Source of the DNA: Zygophlyctis sp. KS116
Taxonomy: Eukaryota > Fungi > Chytridiomycota
NCBI GenBank assembly: GCA_054661495.1
Contig: BAAFSQ010000022.1
Coordinates: forward strand, 42,378 to 74,377
Direction of reading: 5' to 3'
Length of the DNA: 32,000 bases
The notes beneath the pieces were generated by a model. That model searched no databases. It saw nothing but the letters and a program-made list of their open reading frames with translations, and was not told where the DNA came from. Below, one piece after another: positions 11,220-23,415 of the stretch (within the stretch, counting starts at the first letter, position 1; the number at the start of each line of letters is the position of its first letter). The position numbers and the translations under genes were made by a program.

Positions 11220-12693
11220 ATGTGGGGACAATTGGCAATATTTAGTCCAAACTCTCAAATGATCATTAAAAGTATAAATTTAATAAATTAATTGCAGATT
11301 GTGTTTTAAACGAAACTACCCTTTCTTTTGGACGCTCTGATGCTAACCAAGTCCAAATACCACAAATGAATTGTTCAAAGATGCACTTTGTAATAACTAA
11401 AATGGATGGGATGATCCTCATAAAAGATTGCAATTCTTTAAATGGCACATTCTTAAACTCAAACAAAATCCCTAAAGGACAGTTTGTGACTCTGGGGCAC
11501 CTCAACGAAGTGCAAGCGGGTGACTTTTTTTGCATCTTTATGGATTGCATAAATCATGCAAACTTTTATTTACCAATGGTAAATAAGTACTATATCTGCC
11601 AGCATAATGATCTTGGAAAAGGGACGTTTGCTACGGTGAAATTAGCGTAAGATTCCAAACAGCAAAGCTAGTTCGGACGGTTCTCAAAATCATATTTGAT
11701 CCAAGTTTTTAGTTTAGACTTGAAAGATTATATTTAGAGAAACATATTCGCTTACAGTCTAAACAAATAGGTTTGATAGTAAAACCGGACAAAGGCTTGC
11801 TTGTAAGGTTATCTCAAAGAAAATTATTGGAAAATCAGCTTTAAAAGAAACGAGATTGGAAAAACAGCATCTAGAGCAAGAAATAAGTATTCTTTTTAAG
11901 ATTAGTCACCCAAATATCGTAAAAGTTCACGATGTAGTTCAAACTGATGACTTTGTCTACATATTCTTGGATCGTATACAGGGAGGTAACAGTTTTTCAA
12001 TTAAGTATATTTAGGGGAATTGTTTGACTATATTGTGAAAAATGATGGCATTAAAGAATATGAATCAAAATTTCTTTTTTATCAAATCATTCATGGGATA
12101 AAAGTATATTTTAAATGTTAATTAAATAGTATTTGCATGATTTGAATATAACTCATCGGGATCTAAAACCAGAAAATCTCTTGCTAGAGTCCTGCAATCC
12201 TTTTTCTAGAGTAATTCTTACCGATTTTGGAATGGCGAAAATGCTAGATACTCGAGGTCTGGAAAGAATGAAAACAAAATGTGGAACAGTAGACTATCTT
12301 GCTCCTGAAATTTTAATGAATAATGGGATCAAAGGATACTCTCAAAAAGTAGATATTTGGAGTTTGGGAGTAATACTTTATGCTATGCTTTCAGGAAACT
12401 TGCCTTTTGAACAACAAGACGTTAATTCATATTACTTGCGTAGAAACAATATGTCTCAAGAATCTTTTCAAATCCTTAATTTTCCTGAATCTCAAGGATG
12501 GGATGCTGTTAGTGCCGATGCCAAGGATTTGATTAAATGTCTATTACAACTTAATCCAGAAAATAGACTATCAGTATCTGAAATATTTGATCATCCATGG
12601 ATATCTAGTCAATCTGAAATATTGGAAAAATTGTATAGCAAAGTATTGATAAAGTCTGGGGCAATTTCAATCTCGGAAATCGTTTCGCGTTAA
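11220..12693 (+). CDS. FHA-domain Ser/Thr kinase of the Chk2 family, most similar to meiotic Mek1
   Basis: Starts MWGQL at 11220. FHA motifs FGR..S..H..D..SLNGTFLN; kinase motifs LGKGTFATVKLAFD, HRDLKPEN, RVILTDFG and CGTVDYLAPE. No SQ/TQ cluster before the FHA. Introns 11272-11297, 11647-11770, 11986-12014 and 12104-12129. Confidence 0.85.
11647..11770 (+). other. unusually long (124 nt) structured GT-AG intron
   Basis: GTAAG...AATAG. Removal restores VKLA|FDSKTGQRLACKVI. Contains a 9-bp inverted repeat, GTTTAGACT (11713-11721) / AGTCTAAAC (11756-11764). Confidence 0.85.
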
Positions 12694-12694
12694 A

Positions 12695-13240
12695 ATGAAT
12701 ACTGCCCATTTAGAGTCTCTAACTCAATTGCTGTCTGATAATAGACCGCTTGAACATGATTTAATCCCTAAAAATACAGTGAGTACCGAGAAACCAAGGA
12801 AAAATCCTGATAAAGACATTATGTGGGACGAGGATGAAATTGCTGAAAGTATAGATGTTGATCCACGTCCATGTCCAGAGTATTTTTTCATTTAAACTTA
12901 CAAAAGTTATGAAATTAGCTATCGGCAAAAAGTATGCACAGAAGACATGTTTCTTGGGATGAGTGGCAAGATGCCTTCCATAATCCATTCGGACGACTTG
13001 ATCATTGACATAAAGCTCCCAAAAGTTTCTATAAAGAATGTCGTACTCACAGTTTTAACGAACAATGTTGATCTTAGATGTCCGGAATTGTAAATCTTAA
13101 TTATTATAATTAATAGTAAACTTGATCTGTCATTGCCAAAATCCGTGGGGAAGGATTTAGGGAAAGCAGAGTGGGACTCTACCAATCAAATACTCAAGCT
13201 TACATTACCAATCATTAATGAATTAAAGATATTTGGTTGA
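12695..13240 (+). CDS. DNAAF6: dynein axonemal assembly factor 6 (PIH1D3)
   Basis: Introns 12880-12906 and 13090-13116 give IMWDEDEI, DPRPCPDYEISYRQKVCTEDMFLGMSGK, KLDLSLPKSV and GKAEWD...LKLTLPI. Confidence 0.88.
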
Positions 13241-13286
13241 TTTAGTCTTACTGAGATCTATCGGAAATTACTTACGGAAAGTTTCA

Positions 13287-15216
13287 ATGCTTTCTACTGG
13301 AAAGCAACGGCCGAAGACTTGTATTTCAGACAAAAGAAATAATAACAATCTAAAGATCAGGCCAAAGACTAGCTCAGTTAAACCAAAGCCGATCCATTCA
13401 TCTCAAAGGAAAGATGCTGCAAAAAATAACAGTAATGCTGATGCAGTCCAAACCAAAGAATATTCGGCTGGAAAGGTATGCTTTAGCGCATGCACTCAGC
13501 GGCCACAGTTGGTATCAAAGGAAACCCGGCCATATACGGCTCCTGAATCGCATCAGATCCCTTTTGATTTCGATCAAAGAGTGCCACTTTTTGACGAATC
13601 CGAATATTTATATTTGCATGTTCCTGATGAAGGAACGGACTCAGAAGGAGAGCATTATATACATAATAGAAGGCCAAAAATGGACATTAAATCAAGTCGT
13701 CGTAAGTTGAATTCTTTAATAGAAAGATTCTGGTCAATATTTGTATTATCTTTCAAAGTTGAATGGAAAAAATGTAAGAATAGTTAAAGGAATAGATGTA
13801 GAAGCTCAAATGTATCTATTAAATCACTTTTAATATGATAGATGCAAACAGGACAAAAAATTTAATGTCATGGACAATGGCATAAAAGAGATTCGATTGG
13901 GTATGCGAAATACGAAAACAGCTCCCAGCTTTGAGCAAAAGCTAAAAGGGAAACCAAGTACAGGTTTAACCATGAATTATCCTACAATTCTCACTGAAGA
14001 TGAGAATAATCAATTCATTACTGTAAATGTCTGATCAGAATTAAATATAGCCAAATAGACCAAAGAAGAATCCAATAGCCAAAAATGCAGTCCCAATCAT
14101 GGATGAAAAGATTAAACACGATTTCCCTGAACAATTTCATAATAATGCAGGTAGGAGATTAACAACTGCTCGCAGGAAATCACTCAGTGGTAATCGTAAT
14201 AACTTTTTGGAAAATTCCCTTCACTTGTATTCATTAAAGCAGAAGAAAGCTCCCTTGGCAGATTTTGAAGAGGAATCGACTGGAGATACTGGGGAACAAA
14301 CATGTCAATCTTCTCGAAAGTCCTCACTCCGTAAAAGCATCGAGTCGCCTTCACAAATATCTCAGACCCCATCTAGGCGCAAAAGTATTTTAAAAATCAA
14401 CGAAGCATTTTCATATTCTCCTCAGGCTTTGAGTCGTAAAAGTATTCTCATCGTGAAATCAAGCTCTGAAAGTCCTCTGTCGCATACATCATCAAATTCT
14501 GGAATTGAACCCCCAGGAGTATCTCAGCTATCTGTTGATTTACCCTTGAATGCTTCTTCAGTAAATGCTTCAAAAGATAGCCATTTAGATGATTTGTTTA
14601 CTGTGACTGATTTAAGTATAATGTGAATTATTATTGACAAATAGATGATTCTGTTATCAAAAATATTCTAAGGACAGTAAGTAAAGCTAATAGAATGGTT
14701 AATCGCAGAATAAATCCTGTTCCAGAGCCCAAAATTTATCAAAAGAAGCCTAGAAGACCCGCGCTGTTTTCTGGGCAAAATGATGAATGTAATAATGAAG
14801 ACATTTCGGATCTTAATGATAAACCAAGCGCTCCGCGAAGGAACTCTGTAGATGTCTCAGCTGTCATGAAGAACTCATTTGTTGGGAGACGAGTCTCTGT
14901 GATTTTGGAAAGAATAAATCTTGAAGCGCCAGAAGTTGTAGATTACGAAGAAGAAGGTAGTCAAGACGATTCGATGCCTCTCTTGACTAATTACACAAGT
15001 ACTTCTTCGCAGGATTTCAAAAAGAGTGATCGCCGATTTTCAGCAAATAGTTTTCTAGGCCCATCACTTAAGGTAACATTTTAATTTCTAAATAATAAGA
15101 TTCCAGGGCTCTCGCATAATTCTACATTTAATAGTTTGAAACCATCTGGATCTTTTGTTTTGGGCAACAATGAAAGCACAAAGAAAAGAGTGGACCCCTC
15201 AGAGTCAAAGCTTTAA
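13287..15216 (+). CDS. uncharacterised low-complexity basic/Ser-rich protein (possibly cilium-associated)
   Basis: ORFs 13233, 14099 and 14695 join into one frame through five ~25-30 nt introns (e.g. 13702-13726, 14616-14644). Contains repeated RPKT/RPYTAP and RRKS motifs. No recognisable domain. Confidence 0.6.
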
Positions 15217-15256
15217 ATCAAACATTTTAAAGATTTAAAATCATTAAAAATTCTTT

Positions 15257-16202
15257 TTAAGACGACAAATGAGTAATATATTTTTTCAATATCTGAGTTA
15301 TCAACGTGTGAGAGCATTCTGAATCCAATCTTGAACATTCTTTACGTAAATCATTATTTGGATCCTCTGATTTTTCCATTGAAACACCTTTAGAAAGAGT
15401 CATTTCACCAATTTTCTCTGCAAAATCATTCACTTGATTAGAAAAAACATCTTTTTTCGACAAATGTGTTTGTGATGCTAATGCTTGAATCCAATATTTT
15501 TTTGATAATGCCTCTAAAAGCCTTTTATTACCATCAGACTTGAATATAGACACATTTAACGAATAATAATCATTACAATGAACCCCATAATCTTGTATTT
15601 TTTGTCTTGGAATTGATGATATACTAGATTTGATTACAGACTTAAAATTATTGAAAAAATATACCTCTTTTGGCCTATCATTATTATCTTTAAAAGTCCT
15701 AAAAGCTCCAATTTCTACTCTCCCATTAGCAACTGTCCTATGAGGATCTATAACAATTGCCACCCAAGGCTCTTGCCATTGTTGGTGTAATCTTTGTGTC
15801 GCAACATCTATACCTGATAACCAACAACCATATCCAGGATGTGAATGATACCATCCAATAACATTTTCCAATCTATTAATTTTCTTTAGATATTCCAAGT
15901 GGCTAACCATGTATTCGTAACCTTCCTGTGCCGCATTAACTCTAGTTTCTGTTCCTTCTACCGGTAAAGCAAAAGAATCAATGACAATAAAAGAATCTTT
16001 ATCTATTTTCCCAATCAACAGTCCCATAATTTCTATATCTCCTCCAGACTCTGCATGGATCGACATATTCATGATTGATAGCGCAGATACATGTACGTTT
16101 TTAAAGAACATTGGACTATTATTAGAGAAAGTATACATACTCTGATAGCCATGGCTTTGAAGCAACTTGCGATTCATGGCTGGCTTGATCGAATGAATAC
16201 AT
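15257..16202 (-). CDS. CSN5: COP9 signalosome subunit 5 (JAMM isopeptidase)
   Basis: The true start at 16202 plus intron 16116-16140 gives SKPWLSDPMFFKNV. Also EIMGLL, FALPVEGTETRVNA and GWYHSHPGYGCWLSGID (intact JAMM). Probable in-frame intron 15641-15664. Confidence 0.95.
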
Positions 16203-16229
16203 AGCGTAGGGGAGTTGGTAGGCTGATCA

Positions 16230-17260
16230 ATGGCAGAAAGAAAAGCTACCAGTAAGAGTTTATAATCTAATCCCAGACAAGTATTATCCTCCATCATGGG
16301 ATCCTAGTAAAGGATCGATCAACAGGTTTGTAGGCCAACATCCTCTGAGAGCAAGAGCTGCAAAGATGGGAATTGGCGTTATAGTCGTTCGCTTTGAAAT
16401 GCCTTTTAACGTTTGGTGTTTGAGCTGTCAGAAACATATCGGACAAGGGACTAGATATAATGCTGAGAAGAAGAAGATTGGGCATTATTACTCTTCGCCG
16501 ATTTACTCTTTTAATATGACTTGTCATTTATGTTCAGGGAAAATCGAAATTCATACAGATCCAAAGTTGGGAGAGTATGTGATTATAGAAGGTGCTCGGA
16601 AAAGAGTAGAAGAGTTTTCTGCAAAGGATGCTGAAACTATTGAATTAATTGATGATAAGACGAGGGAAAAGATGGAATCAGATGCTTTTTATAAATTAGA
16701 ACATGGGCAAAGCTTAAAGGAAAAGGTATTTTGGTCTAATATTTATTTGAAAGATTGAAGAAAAAGAAGAAATTATAGAAAAGATTATGGCTGTGAATCA
16801 AGATCAATGGGCTGATCCGTGGACAGTTTCGCAGAAATTAAGGAGGAATTTTAGGCAAGAAAAAAGACAGAGAATGGAGGTGGAGTCTAAAGAGTCTGAT
16901 TTCTTGGATAAAAATGGTTTAAATTTACAATTACTTCCATTTGGAGAAAAAGATGAAGAAATGTCACGGTCAGTCTCTTTTAGTATTGTTAATTCTTTGA
17001 AAATTATAGAAAAGGAATGTCTGGATTCAGCATCTGTAAAAACGAGGGTGATGGCAAGATCTATTTTCTCTGATTCCTCAAAAGATACTTCTTTTGAACT
17101 AGATAATATGGTTAATAAGCATAGAGTTAAATTAGATCCATTTATCTCAAATACAAATGCAAAAGATGAGCATGAAGAAACAAAATTGATTACGAAAAAT
17201 AATTCTACAAAAAAGACTTTAGAATTATTATCATGTTATTCTTCTGGTGACAGTGATTGA
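16230..17260 (+). CDS. CCDC130: YJU2B/CCDC130 (Saf4-like) splicing factor
   Basis: ATG 16230 plus intron 16252-16276 gives MAERKATNKYYPPSWDP. Also VRFEMPFNVWC..C, GTRYNAEKKKIG.YYS and CHLC...TDPK. Further introns 16726-16753 and 16983-17009. Confidence 0.92.
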
Positions 17261-20200
17261 TTTGGTCTATGGAAATTCTTTGGATCTATCCCAATAATCA
17301 TTTGAGGCATGAAGTATGTTTTTGATCCAATTGATATTGATTTTTGTAGACTTGGAGCTGGTTCAGTCAATGTGTCACTAGTTTTTGCTTCAAATAATGT
17401 AAATCTTGAAGGAAGTGGTGGAATTGTATGTTGATTAACACCTTTTCGTATGTATGCAAGGTCTGATTCTGAATTAACAGTTCTTTTAATATAGGATATT
17501 GTTTGTGGAAGTTTAGTAGATTTTCTTTTTTCGGAGCTAACTGAAGAGCGGTTCTGGTGTTTGGCAACTTCATAGGAAAATGGGTCGCTTAGTGAAATCC
17601 TTTCGATTGGCATTGACTTGTTCAATTTGGCAAAATATAATGCTAAACTGTTTGCTAATTTTGGTTCTGTAGAAGCAGGTGGAAATTTCCCTATTGAATT
17701 ATTCTGAATAAATTACAGTAGATTGTATCCATTTTTTCTCTAGATTCATGACATGGACTATTTTTCCGTAAATGAGTTTTAAGATTCTTTTTCAACGGGA
17801 TTAATGATTTTTCTTTCTGTGAATGGGCTAGTTTAGAAGCTTCTGTAGCGGCTTCTTTCTTTTTCTTACTTTCAGCTATTTTGTTTTTAAATTCCTCCGC
17901 TTTCGCTCGTTTTTCTTCTTCTAACTGTAAGCGCCGTCGTTCCTTTTCTAATTTAGCTTCTAAGGCTTGTTCTTTCAATATTCGCTCTTGCTCGAGCATT
18001 TCTTTTTCAAGCTGTTTTTGCCTTTCTTCAGCTAGCCGCTTCATTTCTCTCTCTGCAATTATCTTTCCTGATTGAACTGCGTAAAAGTTGACTACTTGGG
18101 CAAAGTCCACATTAGTCGGTTTATTTATAATGGCTGTAGGATATCTACCCCTGGGATTTTTTTCTACTATAAAATCCGGCTGTTGTATTAATATTTAATT
18201 AATATACATGTACATCTGACTCGAGACTTGAGACAGGTGGTCGATTTATTTCATAGAAATCTACATCTTCAAGGATATCTCTCTTGAAAGATGCATCAAG
18301 TGAAATAAACGAAGCCACTATTTGATTAAAATTATTGAAGAGTTTTACATTTATCTAAAAAGTCTTTCCCTAACAACTTATCTTCTGCATACTCTGCTAA
18401 AGGCATTCTCCTAATGGTTTTATAATCTTTAGTAGTATTCCCGATGGTTCTGAGAATATAGGCTCTAATATGGTACTTAAGCCAAAATTTAACGGCACAA
18501 ATTATGTATAAGATCTGATTTTCCGATCTAAAATGGCTTCGCTGAGCCTATAGTCATAAGACACAATAAAGTATTACCTGTCTATAAATTGAGTTGAAAG
18601 ATTCTTTCACATGTACATTTTCCATCATATGACATCCGAATTTCCTCATGATTGAGTGAGCTTGCTTCCTATGCCTTAATGATGGAATATTTTACCTCAA
18701 AGAATCAGTGGGAACTTGCGTAAGTATTATCACTATCGGAATTAAATTGGGGTGTGTTGGAGTGTTCTTTGCTATTTCCATTAGCATAAATGAAGCTTGA
18801 TGTGCATCATCAGGTTCCAACCTTTGAAAAAAGCCATTTGAAATACAGCTGATGTACATGTCTGAAATATCTTCCTTGAAAGGATATTTCTCTTCCAATG
18901 GAAGTTCTGAAAAAAAGGAAGCCATCTGTTTTTGATTATCCGTCGATTCTAATTTGAAAGATTCCCTGATGACCTTTGACATGTTGGCTGGAGTTGGCTC
19001 GATTGAATACCTACGTTGCTGTACCAGTAATGGAGCTTCATGTATAATTGATTCTCTGGGCTTTAACTTTGATTTTGGCTTCGGATTAAAGTTTTCCCCT
19101 GTTGCTGGAATTGTTTGATCATAGCTATTTGCAACATTGACAGATTTATGTGATCCTAAAATATTTTCCCGAGACGAGGTTCCTTCATCTGCGACGAAAA
19201 TTCTTGACGACTCATTTTGATGATAATTATTGTCAATATTTGAACCAAGTTCTGAATGTTGCTGCACTTTTGAAAGTGAATCATGCAAGTTATTGGATTG
19301 GAAACTTATATTTGTTTCCGCTTCATCCTCTTCTATTTCATACAGATCTTCTTCAAAGAATATCTTGAAATTAAATAACTGAAGATACCTTTTCCATAGG
19401 AAACCAATGATTTTCCATTATTCGCACAACTAGTTCTGGAAGGGGATTTGGCGGTGGGGGTGCAGCAGGTTCTGGTTTCTTTTCAACTCGCGGTATTTGT
19501 TCTGATAAAGTAGTTGTCTCCTCATTTCTAATCTCTGTTGGACCATCTGAGATGACAATATTTGATGATGAATCGTTGATATTTTCCTCCTGGGAGATAT
19601 TTCGAATCTTTTTTTTAGTAAAACCGTTTGAATCAATATGCTGAGCTTCTGAAATTTTGGATTTGTGTCCATTTTTTACAAGGATTGGACCAGAAATATT
19701 GATATGATGGGCCTGCTTATAGATGTCGATGGTTTTGTTAATGCTTGAATTCGGAATTTTGCCGCCATAGTAGATTTTAATTTGATTTTTCTTTGAGTTC
19801 GTTTCTTTTGAAGTGATTTTTATCATATGGTCAGCTGCTAATCAATCATTGAAGAATAAAAATACCGTGTGCTTCTTGTTGACTATGATCTAACAGTAAA
19901 GGCGCTGGTGGGTTAGTAATCGGCAGCTCTGATGAGATGGTTTGGATTTCACTGGATAGAGATACAGCACTTTTAAATAACCAATTTTTAGAAAAAGGAG
20001 TTAAGTCACAGTCATAATGCTGCCTTTTCTTGAATCGTCTCAGTAGATCTAATTCTCTGAATACTTCATCATCCTATCAATTCAAAATTCAAAATCAATT
20101 TACAGCCTCGGTGGTTTTTTGGCGGCGAAAATCTGTGGTCAATTGCTTCAGATTAAGTGTTGCCTTTAAATTTTGAAAAGAATTTTCCAAATCAGCTAAA

Positions 20201-22998
20201 ATACTCTTTAGTAAGTTATCGTATTCAATAGCATTTGAGTTATTTTGTAGATTAAACTGTTTTAATGCATTGGATTCACGAAAATTGATGGATTTGAAAA
20301 CTTCCTGGACGTCCCTTTCAGCTTCATGCAGAGCCCTTCATATTATTTAAAGAATTATACCGCTTCTTTTTTACTAGTAAATGCGGATCAATGCATTCAC
20401 TGGGTTGAACTTTTGTGTCAAAGAGCATAATATCTTCGGGTTTAGGCTCTTTCCAATCAATTCGATTGATTTCTTGCACATATGATGAAGGTAAGTCTAT
20501 CAAAAATTAAATAGAGACGTTACATTGATGGTACTTAATTATATCAACTCGGTCTTTTATTCCCAAAAGAATGTCACCTTTGGGAGTGCAAAGACAAAGT
20601 GTTTCTAGAGGAGATGAAAAAACAATTTCTCTCAATAAAGTATTCTGACAATCCCAAACTTTCAGAGCCATATCCAGACTTGCTGAGACGAAAATGTTTA
20701 ACTTTGGTATGGCAATTATGCTTTTTATACTACCGGTATGATCATCAGATGTCGAATGACATTCGATGTTTTGGACAGCTACTATTTTAGATTGTTCTAA
20801 ATTACCCTTTCGATGTAAATTATATCTATACATGTGTATTTTATATGAAATATCTGATACGCAGATAGTATGATCAATCATTGCAATATTGCAGGGCTGG
20901 AAGCTGCAATCAATAGAGACAATTACTGAAAGTATTTGTTTAGCTTCTGGTCTGATTTTAGTTAATCGAATCATTCCGTTCGCACCCGCTGTTAGTATTA
21001 ATTGATTTGCTGGATAGGAAAAGATCTCCACTATAGCATCTTCATGAATCTGAAATAAAATAATTTTATCGTTACCTGTGCACGGCTTCCAATAAAACCA
21101 TCATTTTCAAAAATAAGAACATGGCCAATATTCGTGGCTCCCATTATGAATGTATAGCCTGAAGTTTTCGTCAAATATACAGGCCGATTCCATTTTGAGA
21201 ATTCTCCTTCGAAAACACATATTTTAGAAACACTTTCTCGAGTTAATTCTCCAGAATTCCAAATATCAACTAGTCTACATGGATTATGTTCCGTTGAAAT
21301 CAACCAGATATCTCCACTATTCCTCAGTAATATTAAGCGCTCTTTGCATTATTTATGTTATGCGAAATTACCCAAGTTCGAAGAATAAGCAATGCATTTC
21401 AATGATTCAGACATCACAAAAGGTAGCATCGTAGTTATTGGCTGAGCTCCGGAAGGTGACATTATTCGAATAACTTCATCATCTGTCCTAATCAGAATTC
21501 GAGCCGGTTTTTCTGTTGATGAAAGAACATATTGAAGCTTTTGAATTGGGGAGCTATTAGATTAGGAAATTAAAATAGAGTACGAGGTTATTAGATAGCT
21601 AGTGTGTATATGTGTAACATCCCATATTTCAATTCGATTTCTTAAGTACACATAAAAAAGTTTTTCATTAATAAACATTATAGACAGTGGAATTTCCATA
21701 TTATGATGACTAGTATAAGCAAAATAAATTACCAATAGACTTCATCAAATGTTTTAAGGTCGAATAATCGAAATGTCTTATCTTTTGAACTAGTCAGAAA
21801 TAATGTACTTTTCGGGTACACAGATATCCCTGTGATTTCTTTTGGATGCTGATTAAAATTGAAAACCGTCGCATATGAAAGATTTAATACTTTAACTGCA
21901 TATATAAGCAAAAAAGATTCCCATACCTTGTCCATTCGTCGTTCCTAGTAACGTATATCCATAAAAGTGATGGTATTGAATGCAAGTAATGGGTCTCTCC
22001 GTTGCAGCTATAATATTCTCAATTATTTTGCCAGTACTATAATCATATACTACCAAATTTGTTTCGATCGCAACACTGAGCCGAAATGTTTTTTCTTGCA
22101 ATACAACAGCTTTAATCCACTGTTCCCTTCCAAAAGGCGATGCAAAATGATTTAAAGGAGAAAGAGTGATTTTAGTATCTCTTGAAGCTATACCTGATTC
22201 ACGAAATGCAATTCCTGAAATAGAATAAACTGTGAGCTGGTGAACTCCAACCAATATCAAAGCATTCATATTTTCATTATAGCGAATAAATTGGACTATG
22301 TGACTGGCTTGATAATCGGATATATATTCCATATTGAAATTATAAAACCTAATTACTTCATCCAAGTAGCAAGTAATAAAAAGATTGGATTTTGGAATGC
22401 ATATAAAGTGTGAAATGTCTCCCAGACCCTTAGATGATCCTTTAAACATTACTTTATCTGTTTGCTTGAGTTCCCAAAAAACCATTCTATGAAGTCTATC
22501 AAAAACTAACAAGTTGATCGGTTTCATTTTACTCGCCTCATTATCTAATCCATCATTTGAAATCATTGATTCTCCAATTCTACTCGGAGTTGAGAGATAA
22601 TGATCAACAATCAATAATGACTGATCATGTTTAATATTTTGCTTCAGTCTAAATCCTTGCTTCAGAGTTACTGAATCTTGATCCGAATCATTATAAAACA
22701 CATTAACGCCTTTATCTGAATTGAGTCTTTTTTCCAACACAGCTGCTTTTAAAATTGACCAATAAAATCTTGCTTTAGCCTGAGATTTACTTTTCAGCGG
22801 ATGACCATTTCTTTTTTTCCCCAAAAATCTTGTTTGCTTCTCTCCAGTTGCGATTCTTGCAGCTCTTGAACTTGCTCTGCGATGCCTCAGAATAATCGAT
22901 GTGCTTTCTAAATTACCATCATTAGTAGATGCCATCTGTAGTGGCTCTAATATCAACTGATCTTTAGATTCATGTTCGGACAGTTTAGACAAAATCAT
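17236..22998 (-). CDS. large WD40-repeat plus coiled-coil protein, WDR97/WDR87-like (~1750-1800 aa)
   Basis: All minus-strand ORFs from 21892-23076 to 17236-17625 join in frame by manual splicing of 16 introns of 23-31 nt. WD40 motifs (FLTSSKDKTFRLFDL, FVSASLDMALKVWD), PARILIR and a C-terminal E/K/R coiled coil. The family call is tentative. Confidence 0.7.
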
Positions 22999-23025
22999 TC
23001 CTGCTCCTAAGCGTTGACTGACGTA

Positions 23026-23323
23026 ATGCCTGATCAAGATGAATCTAGAGATTTGAGCCTTGACAAGGAATTCCAAGATAGAAAAAAGACTTTGCTAGCT
23101 TGGAAATCATTATCCACAATGCAACCATTTGTGATTATGCATTTACTTAAAAAGTATGTAATTTATGACTAATATCTGTACTGTTGTTAGTGGGACGTTG
23201 GCTGGGATCACTGATCATGAAACTATGCTTGCAATTAGGGATCTAAAGACACCTCTAGGAATCATGCCAGAAGCAAAGATTAGAATATCGGATGTGGAAT
23301 ATTTGGAATTTTCAATGGTTTAG
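23026..23323 (+). CDS. Gemin7-like SMN complex subunit (Sm-like fold); absent from the ORF track
   Basis: ATG 23026 and one intron starting at 23154. The C-terminus DLKTPLGIMPEAKIRISDVEYLEF resembles Gemin7 LQTPIG...EALLR.SDI..Y.F. Confidence 0.75.
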
Positions 23324-23415
23324 TTTACATATGCTACATATATTTTTAGATGAAATTGCTGTCCGATTTTCTCCAGAATTTTAGTCTGAATATAAACAAT
23401 CGTAGTAACAATAAC

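Noticed and set aside
16203-16297. Apparent N-terminal extension of CSN5 overlapping CCDC130 (ORF 15257-16297)
   Set aside because: This is an artefact of reading through intron 16116-16140. The homologous N-terminus starts at 16202 in another frame.
22999-23076. 5' extension of ORF 21892-23076
   Set aside because: It begins at a TTG and lies antisense to Gemin7-like exon 1. The first ATG is at 22998.
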